This document shows, one piece after another, positions 36,201-51,200 of a DNA stretch of 64,000 nt (positions are counted from its first letter, which is position 1; every line of letters starts with the position of its first letter). The notes beneath the pieces were generated by a model that was given only the letters and a program-made list of their open reading frames with translations, did not search any database and was not told the origin of the DNA. Position numbers and translations under genes: made by a program. The DNA lies in NCBI GenBank assembly GCA_964247055.1, contig OZ176050.1:13206001-13270000 (forward strand). The letters run 5' to 3'. The DNA is from Paragordius varius. Its lineage: Eukaryota > Animalia > Nematomorpha.

Positions 36201-39200
36201 TTTTGAACCCAGATACAATAACCTTTAAAGAATGTTGGAAACTATGTCAAGCTATATCACCATTATCTATGTGCCAACAAAAATACTCCTTATTATCTAA
36301 CTCAAGTGCTTCTTCCAAAGCCAAAGTACATATTGTTAAAAATATTAACCATAAATTACGCCATACCCATAAGTTTCACCATAGAAATGATTACAACCAA
36401 TATTTTAGCATAAATCCTAACACTGGTCGAATGTATGTTAGTAAAATATTTCCGCCTCATTGGTTTGAATCTTTCGATGATGCCATAATTCAAAGTGTAT
36501 ATTTGCAAGTTGAGCAAACTTTTACCTGTCTTAAAAATACCGATGACGGTAATGGTAATGGTAATGACGAGAATATTTCCCCGAAAAGGAATTCAGATAT
36601 AATTTTATCCAAAACGTTATATGACATTAGAATAGATGTATGGAAACCACCATACCTAAATTATAATAATCCGGTTATAACTGGTGCTGAATCTCTAATT
36701 CACGATAAAGTGGGCAACAATGTCCCGCATTGGGAATTCGTTAATGGTATCAATGAAATAAATTTAACAATCCCAACAAATCTTTTTATGTTGGCGGCGA
36801 TTAAACATGAAACACAAAAAGATTTTAAAATTTTGCAATTATTAGCCGAAGATTTAGACACTGGCCTAACATCACCTAAACTACGGTTTGAACTCAGATA
36901 TGATTTACACGCTAATTATGGTAAGGAATTCCCACTCATTACTTCGTTTCCATATAAATGGCCATGGAAGTTATTGAAAATTAATTCAAATACAGGTAAA
37001 TCCCATTTTCCTGTTAGATTTTTGTTTTATATTTTTGTTTTACATTCACATTTGGTAAAGATTAATGGTATTAACCGAAAATTTATGTTTAAATAAATTT
37101 ATTTATTGATGAATTTCAATACAATCAATTTTTTATCTGTTATATCATATCAAACGGCATATTTATCAAGTAACATATTTTTTGAATTAAATTTATTATG
37201 TTTAAAAAATTTAGCTAATCTTATTAGACATTTTAGGCTAAAATATATCAAAAACAGTGAAATGAATATTTATCTAAGAGCATTAACATATATTATTTAT
37301 ATACAAAAATCGACTATCGTTCAAAATATAGAAAAAATATTGATAAATATAAACTAACAATATCTTTCGTATATTTAAATTTGTTTTATTGTGATTATAA
37401 GAATTAAGTTTAATTTAATTAACAATTTTTTCCCATATTTAGTATGAAAAATAGTATATTATTTCTTTTATTTGTCAAAATTTTGATAATTCTTTTTAGG
37501 AGAAATCTCTTTACGCATAAATTCATGTCAATTATATTCAATGCCGCAACATCAACTACAAATTCATTTTTTGGCCCAAATATCTGATGATAAATGTGGT
37601 TATAAACATATACTTAACAATAATCTATGCCCACCTGTTCAATATATTCGACAATCATATGTGCCTATAATTTTGAACCTTAATATAAAAGATCCTTATA
37701 TTTCCACACCCTCTGTAAAAGACTCTGATACATTTTGTACATTTCGGAAACCGGCATATAAATTTTATTTATCAAGATCTGATCTAAAATCCAATAGCAA
37801 TAGCAATTTAACTTTCTTAATAAATTTGTCCAAAGAAATTAGTTTACTCAAAGGTCCATATTTCAACGCAACATTTGCAACTAATATTGAAACAAATACA
37901 AAATATTTATGGTATTTGAGTGGAGATGATTCCCAATATTTTACCATGGATAACTTTGGTAATTTTTTATTTTTCAAATAATGATTGATTTTTTACAATA
38001 TAGATTTTTTTAATATTAATTTTTTTCACGTGTAGGTATCCTCAATTTTAATCACAAATTACTATTGGCTGATGTGTCGTTTAACAAATTTGTATATCGT
38101 GTAACGGTAATTATTTATGCATTATTATTTATTATTTTAACAATTTAATATTTTTAACTAAAATGTATATGTAGGGATAACTATAATTTATTATTTTTTT
38201 ATACTTTTATATATAGGTCAATGCATATTTGAAGGGTAGCAAAATTATGTGTCGAACTCATATATTTTTAACGCTACAACCTTCTCCAGAAAGGAGAATT
38301 ACACAAACTAATCATTTTCAAACATTCCCAATTTTTCCAAAGGTATGTTTTATTGCATTTACAATTTGATATATGGATTAAGCCTTTTATACACAAAAAA
38401 TATAATCTTATATCTGTTTATTTTCGTTAAATTTACTGTTATATTGGAAATTTTTAAAGGGTTACAAAATTTATTTATTTTGTTAAATAAAAAATATTTA
38501 TTTTTCGAACCGATATTTTTGATTACATTCCATTTACGAAATTTCGCTTTTATCAAATTTATCTCTCTACTAATATGCCAATTTATTTTTAGAATCATTT
38601 TTCGGCACAATCCTTACATAACGCGGATATAATGCTCAAATTATCTTATTTACCTGTGTTGGATGCTAAAATATTATCTTTCTCAAACAAAACACAAATT
38701 ACTTACGATTTTGATGTGGCCAGTATGCTTGAATCGAACAATCAAATGAATAGGGATGAATTTGATATTGATATAAAACCATTTATGACATCACCAAAAA
38801 TGCGAATAGCGCGTGAACCTAAAATCGATGAAAAATTTTTACCAATCAAATTTTGGATTGAAGTTCCAACCCGCTCTGATAACTCATTCGAAAATAATGA
38901 TAATACTGATGATTTTAGCTTAATTTTTTTTCTCAATCAACATTCCGGAATGATTTATGTCAAACCTATTTACGGAACTCTAAGTTTACTACAAACCAAT
39001 AGCTACAATTCACCGCGCAAAGATTTATACTTGGAATATATGTATTCAAGAAAATTCGTGATTGAGGTATATTAACATTGCATTGATTTTGTTGTTAATA
39101 GGAAATTTAGTAATTATATTTGTTTTAAAATGATGTGGAATTTATGTTTTTTCTCTGATTTTTTTTGTATAAAATATAAAACGGCGCTATTTTAATTACA

Positions 39201-42200
39201 GTAACCACATTTATGCAGGTCGATTCACATTATTGTGTAGCAACACAGTAGTTCATGGGTAAAATCAACTAGATTAAATTTTTTTCCTATCTTACAACAT
39301 TAATATGTTTATTTAATTATGGACAAAATTTATTTTATAACACCCCCTAGTGTATTACTAATTGCCAGCATAAATGTGCATACTGTATCATATTGTAACA
39401 TAAATAAGAATAAATTTATTAATTAATTTAAAATTATTTTAAGTGTTAACATTTTCCGAATGTAATCCTATTTTTTAAAACAATATTATTGGAATTCGCT
39501 TGCGCAATCATCTATTCTATTCCTACTTATAGATAAGTGTTTATGCCAAACAAGACGATAACGCTATAATAAAATCTGAAAAAGTACTCATTGGAAAACA
39601 TCGTTATTATTTCCAACCCATACAATTGTCCCAAAATACACTAAATTGGCCATTTCAAGATATTGGAAAAGTAATATTTCTATGATAAAAATATTATTTT
39701 TTCAATCTAAAACAAAATGATAATAAAACTTTTCAAGCATAAAAACTATCAAAAAAATATCCCTTATCTATTAAACTGGTAAATTAATAAATTATAAAAT
39801 ACATTTGTGTATGTCTTTTTAGAGGAATAAAATTAGGATAAATTAAGGTCAAAAAATTCAATTTTCATTGAAAAGGGGTATCAAATATATCAAAAGGCTT
39901 AATAATATATATGTTTGCACAATTATATTCCCACATTGCTCTCAAACTTTATTATTATCTTTATTCTATTACAATTGATAATGTCACTTTTTTATTCTGT
40001 TATTATTTAGATATCCGTTTATGAAAATGTTCTTATTGGTCATTCGATACCATGGATACCATCTCGAAACAATCAATCTCAACACGTCTCCCCCACCCCA
40101 AATACAATGCTTTGGTTTTGGTTTAAACGAAATTCCTTCGAATCAGCAAACCAATTTGTATCAAATCATACTGGATTTAAATCCAACTATCCATTCTATT
40201 ATGATAACAATCAACATTCTATCGTGATAACGGAACCTGGGTTAGACAGAGAAAAACAAAATTCATACTTTGTGACAATGTTGGCAACCGATGGATATAG
40301 AATCTTTGAATTTCCAGTATAAAATATTTTTAAATACAAATAATCGAAATAACTACATTACCATTTAATTGATATTTATTACTTTTTTTCCAATAGTTAC
40401 ACATAACCGTACGTGATGTTAATGACAATTCACCCCTATTTGAAAGCCTCTTAAATCAATTCAAAATAAACGCTGTGTTAACCCTGCCAAAACCGCGTTT
40501 ATATGTCGGATGCGTAAGCGCTCAAGATCCAGATTTGTTTGATGAGCTCACTTATAGCATCGACGATTGGTTAGGATTTATTTTTGATTTGTTTCAGGAT
40601 TTTTAGAAATTTGATATTTAGTCAGAATATATATGCTTAAAAATCAATATTATTGTAACACCGGAAACGTAAAAAAATTATTTTCGTTCTTTGCATTATT
40701 ATAAATTTCGCAAATTGTGTGATTAATTTGAATTAATTGAAAGATAGAATAATTTTTAGCGTGATTTTAAGGTTCCAACTAATCTGAAATAATTCATTTA
40801 TTTATGATTAATTTAGTAATGTCGCGCAATTCATTTACAATATGCATATAATAATTAATTATTATTTAGGACTGGTAAATGCCCATTTTATATTGATTCA
40901 TACGAAGGAGAAATATATATGGATTCGAATGTGATACATGATCAATTTAATCAAACCTGCTTGATGACAGTAAAAGTCATTGATAAAAGTAAATTTTTTA
41001 ATTTTCCTAAAATATTTTTTTTTCTAATTTTAATATTTTTTCTAATTATATCCTTTTAGATCCAACCAATCTACCAGATTTTACCAACGTTATAATCCAA
41101 TACACTGTAATAAACCGCAAAAATAATACAATTTCTACCAATCCTAACGCTGATTTTTGTCCATCTTTGTTTGATCGAGAAATCATTTCTATCAATGTTT
41201 CATCCAATGTTCCTGAAGGTTTTTCTTCTAAATTAATATTTTTGAGTAATTTATAAATGTTTTATAATTTTTAGGTACAACCATATGTGATGTGGGGAAA
41301 AAGAATGTTGGAAATCGTGTTCGTTATTCAATTGAATCGGGTATATACATTTGATTATTATTTTAAGTAATTTTGGCAACAAAGTTATAGAATATTAATG
41401 CTAATATTTTATACTAACTAATTAAAATAATATCTCAAAGTATGATCAACAAAGTTAGCTTTATAATTTTTATAGGTATTGATTTGAGAATTTTATAAAA
41501 TATTATTAATAAATACCACATAATTATTAAGGTAATTATAATATTTTTTATGATTTAGGCAATATTCACAATCTTTTTGACATCGATGAAACTAATGGAC
41601 GAATTTTTACGCAAACGCCGTTGGATAACTTTGAATGGAAAAATTTAGACAACAACATGCCGCAAATTCAAACCTTGAGTGTGGCAAATAATTTTTCGTA
41701 TCTAAAGACCTATCAGTTAATATTAAAAGCAGAACTTTTGCAATCTTCGGGTTTTTCTGAGGCTCCCAACCATAGAATGCAGGATTTCAGCGTGTTAATT
41801 ATTAATTTGGTTAAAAATGAAAATCAAGACCCTATCTCTAATGAACATATGCGGCAATTTGTAGGGAATAATTTCATTTACATTAATGATATTACACCGA
41901 TTGGCCAAATTTTATGGACTCCCGAGCAATCAAACCACATTTATAAAACTTATTATGGCAATTTCTATGACTCCTACACCATACAAAATGTTACTACGGA
42001 AAACTCATTATTGCTAGGTAAAATTTTCCTTAAACAATAAATATACAGTAAAAAATGAGATTTTCCAGGCAAAACGTAAAAATTAAAGACAAATATTTTA
42101 AATAAAAAACCGCTGTTTAAATATAACTCATTGTTATATATCGCCAAATATATATTATAGAGATGTGAATTGATAAGCGAATTATATGTTTTATGATTGT

Positions 42201-45200
42201 AATTAAATATTTTATATAACAATAATCAAGGTTTGAATTGGTAATCTTTTGAAAAATTGTCTTTATGTTTTTACATTTCGTCTGTATTTTTTCAGTTTTT
42301 ACTGTTTTTAATTGGTTAATAAAATATATAATTTCTACCATTTTGATACATAGGTAACGAGCTACGAGATTATTTCATTATTAATCCCAATACCGGTGCT
42401 CTTTCCCTTGCTCAAACGTTTAATTTGGATCGCTTTGAAAAAGGAGGATCATCTATACTTAGTTCTTTACGACGTCCCTTAACTCTGCATATACATATTC
42501 AACGAATCATTTATACGTTAAATAGCATGGAATCATCGTTTGTCAATAATGACATTACTTTAGTTTGCCAAATAGATTGGATGATGAAAGCTAGAATACG
42601 AGTGATTGATCGTATAGCTAAATTATTAACATTAAAACAACAAAATGATGATAATGGATATTTGAATGCGTCAATGACGAAAATTGTTTCTCACTTATCT
42701 ATCCCGTCAATAACGAATGATTCTGAAACAAATATTGGTCATCCACTAAACTTAACTATTAAACATGAAACAGAGGTTTATAACACAATTTATATGACGG
42801 ATATATTTGCTAAAATAGCAACCAACATTTTTTGTACGGATGAAACTCCGCATGACATAATATGTGATATTTTAACCTATGAAAATACTATCCTTAACCT
42901 TATGGATTTAACTTTTACAGTGGATTCATTAAAATACACATTTATGCATATTAGTGATCCTTTTCAAGGTATTATATCCATTCACCCACAAAAAGAATTA
43001 TATTCATGGTTACAAAAACAACATAATCTTATATCAACGTTTGCTGATAGGAACGCGATACAATTAATATTACCGATAACTATATCGCTGATTAATTCAG
43101 AAAATGAATCGTATAAAGACATTAAACTAGCATTAGCATGGACCATTCCTATATACCTTAACATAGTATTTAATTCCCCAATCATGGATATGTTTAAAAA
43201 TACCAAAGGAGTTCTTAAAATTCACGTACCCTTAAAAAATGTGTTTTATTCCCTTCATTCAACCATCCCCAAAAATATAATTGTATTCAGTATGTCACAA
43301 TTAGACAATCATCTAACGCATTATGCAACCAATTCTCTGCCTAAATATTTGCAAACACAAATGCCTAAGCCATCCTACATGTTTAAATTATATGAAAACG
43401 ATCAAAATTCAACTTTTATTATAACAAAACATGAAATGATTTTGCTAAGGAGACAGGATATGACGCACACTATAACCCTAGAAACTTTGGTGAAAATTGA
43501 AGGTAAGATCATGTTTTTCAATTATAAATATAGTAATATGATAGTTTAACATCATATTAATTAGAATTTATATATACCATTTATTACTCCATAAATTCAT
43601 CCTTGAACAATTCAAACTCACCCTAAAATAAATTAGGTATATTCGGGCCAAAATAACTTTTCATTAATATGAATTATTTGTTTATGGCGTGATTTTTTTT
43701 TCAATTATGTTTTATATATAAAAAATGTATGTAATTTTTAATAAGCAATTACATAAAGTTTATTTAGGGTGAATTTGAATTGTTCAAGGTTGAATTTGAA
43801 GTGGTGTAAATGATATTATATTGTATTATTCTATTTTGGTAGATAAATTGATTTTGTCGACAATAACGCTTGAGATCTCTATAATATATGAAGCCATCAT
43901 TTTTTGTCAAACACAACTGATAAATAGCCATAATATTTATGGTAATCAAACGATCGAAATATATGAAAATGGACATACGCCCAACCTTTATCCAAAAGAT
44001 TTGTTGAAATTAGATTTCCCATGTGAAGATAACTCTTATGATAAATATCATTACCAAATTTTAACACTGACGGATGCTTTTGTCATTGGTAAAATTTGTT
44101 GTTTTCTTAATATGATAATTAATTTTTTAATGTTTTAAGTGAGGAAAGGTTATTGGGGAAATATTTTTTAGGTCCGTTATTTAATTAATACCTCTAATAT
44201 ATTACAAACAGAACGATAATTGTTAAGTATTGGAAAATTTTAAGGGGCCTTAAATTTGGCTAATATTACGGGAATTTGATTGATTTTTAATATGCTATTT
44301 TTACCAACATAAAACTTTAATTATATGATGTTAAATAAATCATAATTTAGATGACTTTGGAATATTATCGATAAAGACTGGGGCTTACTTTGATGCCGAA
44401 TCTACACAAACCATATCTTTGACGATTGGAATATATCCGATACCTAGGTTTGAGCCACCATTTGACGAACAACGCCAACATGAAAGGTAAAATTCAATTA
44501 ATAATAATAATGATATGAAATGTGCTCTCTTTATTTAATTAATGGTTAAAAATATTTGTTTTATTAACTATTCATCTATTTTATATATATATATATATAT
44601 ATTCTAGCATTTATATATTGCATGCGGTAACTGTCAAAATTGTGGATATTAATGACCATGTACCCATATTTATCCAAAATATATCGCCCTCCCTGGTAAA
44701 TAATAAAAACGATGTGGAAAGATCGTTTTTGGACTTTACACCATACGGTCGATTGCTAATAACTAATATAACTCTAACCTACTTGAACAATAGCAATAAT
44801 ATTAAAAATATTAAAATTGTTAAATCTATAAATATGACAATTAATATGGCAAAAATTGGTGAGGATGACATAACTTCGATAGCAAACCCTATGTCTTACA
44901 ACGCTTTACCATTATTTAAGGTATGTGAAACGTATTACAATTAAATATTTTTTGGATTTTTTTTGAACTATTTTATAAAATGTTATAATTTTTTCCTGTA
45001 AAAATTTGATATTTTGTAATTTTTACCCTTAGATTAAAGCTCTTGATAAAGATTATTCAAAACCTAATAATGTGATAACATATCATCTTACTACGATACC
45101 AGAATCAAGCATATTGATCAATAAAACGACTACTCTTTTCGAGTTAAATAAAATCTCAGGAACGTTTTCAATGTTAACAGACAGGATATTTGATGACATT

Positions 45201-48200
45201 GTCTCCATAGATTCGGAGAAAATTAATATCACATTCATCATATTTGCAAGAGATTCGGGTATAAATTTTGTTAATAATTTATTGAAAAATTATTTTTATA
45301 AACTAGGGTTTACTATTAAAATTATTATAAATACTAATTTTTTCTAAATTTTGACGTTTATTTAAGATTATTATTTTATTTCTTCAGGGATACCATCGCT
45401 CAGTTCCAACCTTACACTCTATATTACGCTTTTGAGGTCACAATATAGTGGTCAGTTACGCCACAAAATATTACATTCTAATTATTATCGTCCAAATGAC
45501 ACCTTGAAAAACAACCTTTGTGACATAATACCATCCAATATAACATTAGTTCCTTCAATCCCATTTACGCTTATTTCACTTAATTTGTCTCAAACTAGTA
45601 TTCACCGATATTTTTATCAAATTTTTAATCCTTCATCATCAAACTATTTCGATAATGAAATATTGCAGCGAAATGAAGTTAATAGAGGTAACAACAATGA
45701 TTCGGATATTGCCATAAAATACTATCTAAAAACTATGCCATATATCCGAAATAATCAAATTGGACCCTTTCGTGTTGTTTTGGATCCTAATGGTAAAAAA
45801 TTGTATTATTGTTCTTAAAATCGTTTGATAAAACATTTTTTTGTTATTACTTATACATATTTGTAAAGATTCATCTCTTTTAAATTTTATTTCAATGTAT
45901 TAAAATAGATAAAGTTGTAAAATCCGTAAAATAATGATAATCAAAAATTAAATGAAAGTATAAATAGAAATTATAAACGGTATGTGAAACCCTTTCGTCA
46001 ATAGTAAGCGCCGATTAGTTTCGTGCTAGTTAGCACTCATCAGTACGACACAACTATTTGACCACATAGGGTTTTGACATATCGATTTTGTATATATTTT
46101 GCAATTTTGGTAAAAATGCAGTCGGTTATACGAATTTAAAATAAATTTAAATGACATTCATGATAATTATACTAGAGATATTTTTTGTTAAAAATTATTT
46201 TAATAATCTGCAACAGGGGTGTCCTACACAATCGCCTCGTGAACCGCATTTTAGCCCATAAAATTGGGCCAACTCTATAATATACCATTTACAATTCAAA
46301 TTCACCCTTAAACAATTCAAATCACCCTTAAACAATTCAAATTCACCCCTAACTAAAATATATGTTATTTAAAATAAAAATTACCAATATTTCTATATAT
46401 TTTTAAAGATTAAAAATATTGTTTGAAATTAAAATATGCTGAAAAAATAATAAACTATGCCATAAAGATATATTTCATATTAATAATAAGTTATATTAGT
46501 TCGAAAACACATAATATATTTTTTAGGGTGAATTTGAACTGTAAATGGTATATTAAACTAGAGATTTATTTTTTTGTTAAAAATTATTTTAATAATTTAC
46601 AACAGGGGTGTCTGACACAAATCGCTTCGTGAGTCGCATTTTTAGCCCATAAAAATTAGCGAACTCTATATTTTTAATAAATTACTATTAAAGAATTATA
46701 TTTAAAGTATATGATATAAATTTTATAATTTTACAAGATTATTTTTATAAATACAATGTTGCATTTAAGTCTTTTGTGGGCCGTATTTTTGGGGGGCCGC
46801 ATGTTGGACACCACCCCTGATCTAAAAAATTAAACTATGATTATAAACGGTTTTTATTACATTTAATATATATAACTCACAAAATATTTTTGCGCATTAT
46901 TAAGGTGCTATAACCTTTTTCACACACATCAATGATTATCTCATCAATAATATGGATGAGACGTCATCCTTATTGTCCTATGATGTATGGATAAATATAG
47001 TTGGACAATACATTGCGCCAGCCCCCAGTATTAAAGAAATTTCAATTACATGTCCCTTAACCATAAATATTGAGGGTTGTAATTTACCCATCTCAGAGTT
47101 TGGATAGTATGATATTAATAATTCTATATGCTTTCTATCTTGATACTAATATCACATAATTTATTATATTAATTTGAAAAAATTTGCTTATATTATAATT
47201 GTTGTATATCTGATTTTTACCAAAAATATTTGTTTCCATGCCATAGCTTAAATCTAAACTATGAAATCCCTGAAAATCATGATATCAATCATCTTCCAAT
47301 CAACGAAATTCCGATATCAATGAATCTCACTGAATCAAAGAATACAAGCAATTGGCAAATAACTATGTTGCAAAATAAAATACTATCCAAATTTTTTGAG
47401 ATAGATCTAAAGTTTAGTAATCAGGTTTATAAGAGATATAATTATGAATAAGTAAAATTAATTCTTACCTATAATTTATGAGAATATTTTTAATATACAT
47501 ACACGTATACTTCAATTGAGAATAGAGTAAGTTAGTTGAATTAAATATATATATATTTATATGTTTTTTTGGTTAATTTATTTTAACCCTATTGTCGACT
47601 ATAATATTTTTATAAAACGCTTTTTTTTAATTTTAGTCGAATACTTTTGACATTTTACTGAAACTAAATCGTGCATACGAAAACATGTCATTGTGTAAGT
47701 TATATGATAGTTCCTGGATAACCCAAAATGACGAAATTTGTCATTCTATCAAATTTATCGTCAAACCAACTGCCTCAAACACAAACCGTATTCAATCCAA
47801 CTATTTTATTACGATTAACATTAAAAAACGAATGCTTGCACAAAAATCCCTTGTTAGTAAAAATCTCTGGCCTTTTAATTCAACATATCATCAGCCGCAA
47901 AATGTAACCATATACCTGACGAAAGATAATTACACGGTTTATCTACATAAAGGCTATCCAATATATCAATTTCAACGTCTTTTGGATATTAAGGGTTTGA
48001 CTTACAAGTCTCTACATCTGAATGAATTCATAGATATACACCCTTATACTGGTATATTTAGCTTACTTTTCAAATAATTATTTTAAATAATAGCTCTAAT
48101 TATATGATTGTTTTACTTTTTAGGATATTTCTTTCTGAATCCTATGCTACAAAATCGAGTCCAAAATGCAAAAATACACATTCCAACGACCATCGTATTA

Positions 48201-51200
48201 AACGTTAGTGGTGGAATTAATTTTGCTTATTTTCCTATTCATATCAGTATTAATGTTGATTTGGATCAAATATCTCAAGCGCAAATATGCGCTGTTTGGA
48301 AAGATTTGAATACATTACACCATGGAAAATATAAAGATTTGGAGATAATTTCAAAAGCACCAATTATTAAAACCCATTTAGCCGAGGTAAAATTTGTAAC
48401 TTCTGATAAATACAAAGTTATTCATTTTTAAAATGGACATTATTGGATTAACGACAAAAATTTAAATAGGTCTAATATATAAAAATCTAATTGAAATAAT
48501 TTTTAATCAAAACATAATTTTTATGTTAGGTAATTCTTCGCAACTATTAATAAAATTCATGTGTATTATGAAAAATACTGTATTTGCAAATAATTAATTT
48601 TTTTATAATTAATAACTCTTGTATGCGTATAGACAATATTGAAGTTATTATATATAACAAAACTGATTAATTTTCTCCCTTATGCATTTTTTAGATACCG
48701 GTCAATTATATTTTTCCGTCCATTAATCAACAACGAACAAGCATGGATTTATTATCATCTTTTACATACCAAATTAATGATTTATCTGATTCCAAAATTC
48801 TACCGAATATCCAATTTTTTACAAATATTTCTAGTTGTCGACTAAATACAATCAAATCACCTTGTCTTCATGTCTTTTGCCACAAACTAAACCTCGATAT
48901 CCTTGAATCAAACCAAAAATTGTTTGTAATTCATTTAATCCTATCAATTAATCCACCGGAATACTGTTCTGTAACAGCTAATATGGTGACAAAAACCATT
49001 TATGTTCCCATTACATGGAATATAATTACATATGACCTTAAATTACCCAAAGCCGTGTCTCAAACTATGGCATTCGATGTATCTTTGGACTCTTTTATCG
49101 ATAAATTAAGTAAAAACGGAAATTTTGATGATTCTGGGAAATATCTCGCTACGGTAAAAGCTTTTATATAAATTAAATTATAAATTTCTAGTTTTTTTAT
49201 ATTTAATCGTTTATTTTGGGTTTTACAAAAATTTATATGAAAACTTCCTTACCTTATTGTAAATTACAGATATACACTCCAAACCTACCCTTTTCTCAAA
49301 ATCTTTTATATGCTAAGGAAAAGGATAAAAACAACCATATAATTATACGGGATATTTTGCTCAATAATCATTCAATCATGCTTACTGCATCAAATTTGTC
49401 CTTTAGCACGGAAAGATATTTTGATTATAATGGTAAAACAGGGCAACTTAGAGCCAAACGGAGTTTGATAAATCTTTTAACAGATGTTTCCAAATTAACA
49501 AATAATAATAGTTCTTTTGACACCAATAAAAATAATGTAACTATTGCATTACAACTTTCCGAAGAGGTTAATACGATTGAAATGTTAAAGGATACCAATA
49601 GAACATTTATCACAAATAATCTAATTATCGACTCAAAAGATAGTACTTCAAAAATTATGACAAACCTTACAATCAATTTTAAGTCCAATCAATTGGCAGA
49701 ATTCAATTTTCGATGTGAAAAGGTAATTTTTTGCCTCTAATTTTATTTTGTCACATTAATGTTTTTGTTATTACTAAAAGTTTATTAGTTTTTATAATTA
49801 ACTTGTACTTTATATACTAAAATTGCTACAAAGAATATTTCTATTGTTTAAACATGTAGTTTTATTATTTTTTTAGGAACCATATAATTTCACTATAAGC
49901 GATCGGGATATAGATAAATTAACCCATTTGGGAACTATTAATATACTTCATTACAACAATTTTTCTTCGATAAATGAACCATTATTCAAGATGGCTTCTT
50001 TTGATATTGCAAAATCTTATAACGTTGATCTTAATAATTATCTCCTGAATTTTAAAATTGAATCAGAAAGTGGTACTATGTATACCGTCCCCACCAAAGA
50101 CATGTTTGAATCTACTAATACCATTAAGTTTAACGTTTTAGTCAAAATAATTGGGACAAACAAGGCAACATATAATTTTTTATGTCCAATACGCGTACGA
50201 CTGATAAAATATAATATAAATCCGCCAATTATTTTGTGTCAACCAGGATTATTGATTAACAATTTTACCAATTCGATAAATTTTTACTCGCCAGAATTTC
50301 AAACTGTTTCCATTGACGAAAATTATAATTTCTCTAATTTTGGCAATTATTTCAATAATAATGTAAATAAAATTAACCTTACACTGCCAAAAATTTGCCA
50401 ATATCGCCAAATTGATCTACAAGAATTTACGAACGATGCTCAAAATGAACAAATTATTTTTAACGTACAATTATTAAATAATATGTTTGACTCAATTTCT
50501 CAACAAATACATTACCAAATTTCTAATATCTACATTCAACAAAGACGCGTTAACACTCCAGATATTTGTAAAAATAATATTTCACAACTTTTTACAATTG
50601 ATCGTTTTGGCGTAGTTTCATTCAAAACTAACAATTCACTTTTATCGCGTCATAAAGTTTGCTTGGAACAAACAATAGCCTACATCTTAAATATTAGCGC
50701 TTATTTCATTAATGACTATGGGAACAATATCTGGGTTAGGAGTGACCCTTCTTGGAGTCTATTCATTGTGGACATTGCAAAAAATAATAGAGATATAAAG
50801 GAAATCGGAATTCTACAATCAATTAGCAACCACCAAGACAAATGGACCTTTGTTCCCAAAACTAATTTTACAATCAATGTGTCGAATCCCTTAAATGGTA
50901 AAAATTAATATTTTTTCTAAATTAATCAAATTATTAACCAGAGATTACATCTAATTTTATAATTTTTACGGAATAACCATAATTAGGCATTTTTTCTAGT
51001 GATATATATCCACTATAAAATTATTTTATTAATTAACATAGATCAAACGATTCTCAAGTTTGCTGTCTACAATCCCAATATTGAGTTACGTAAAGAATTT
51101 TCACCCTTCTTTAAGGTTAGTTTAGTTCGTCAAAATAAATTCTCTAAAGCAGACTTATCTCATCCAGTATTTTATGTGGTTGATTCCCTATTTCCGCCAA

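Noticed and set aside
38345-38632. Overlapping ORFs 38345-38632 (+) and 38359-38610 (-)
   Set aside because: They start at a splice donor and are rich in F, I, L and K, as expected for AT-rich intron sequence.
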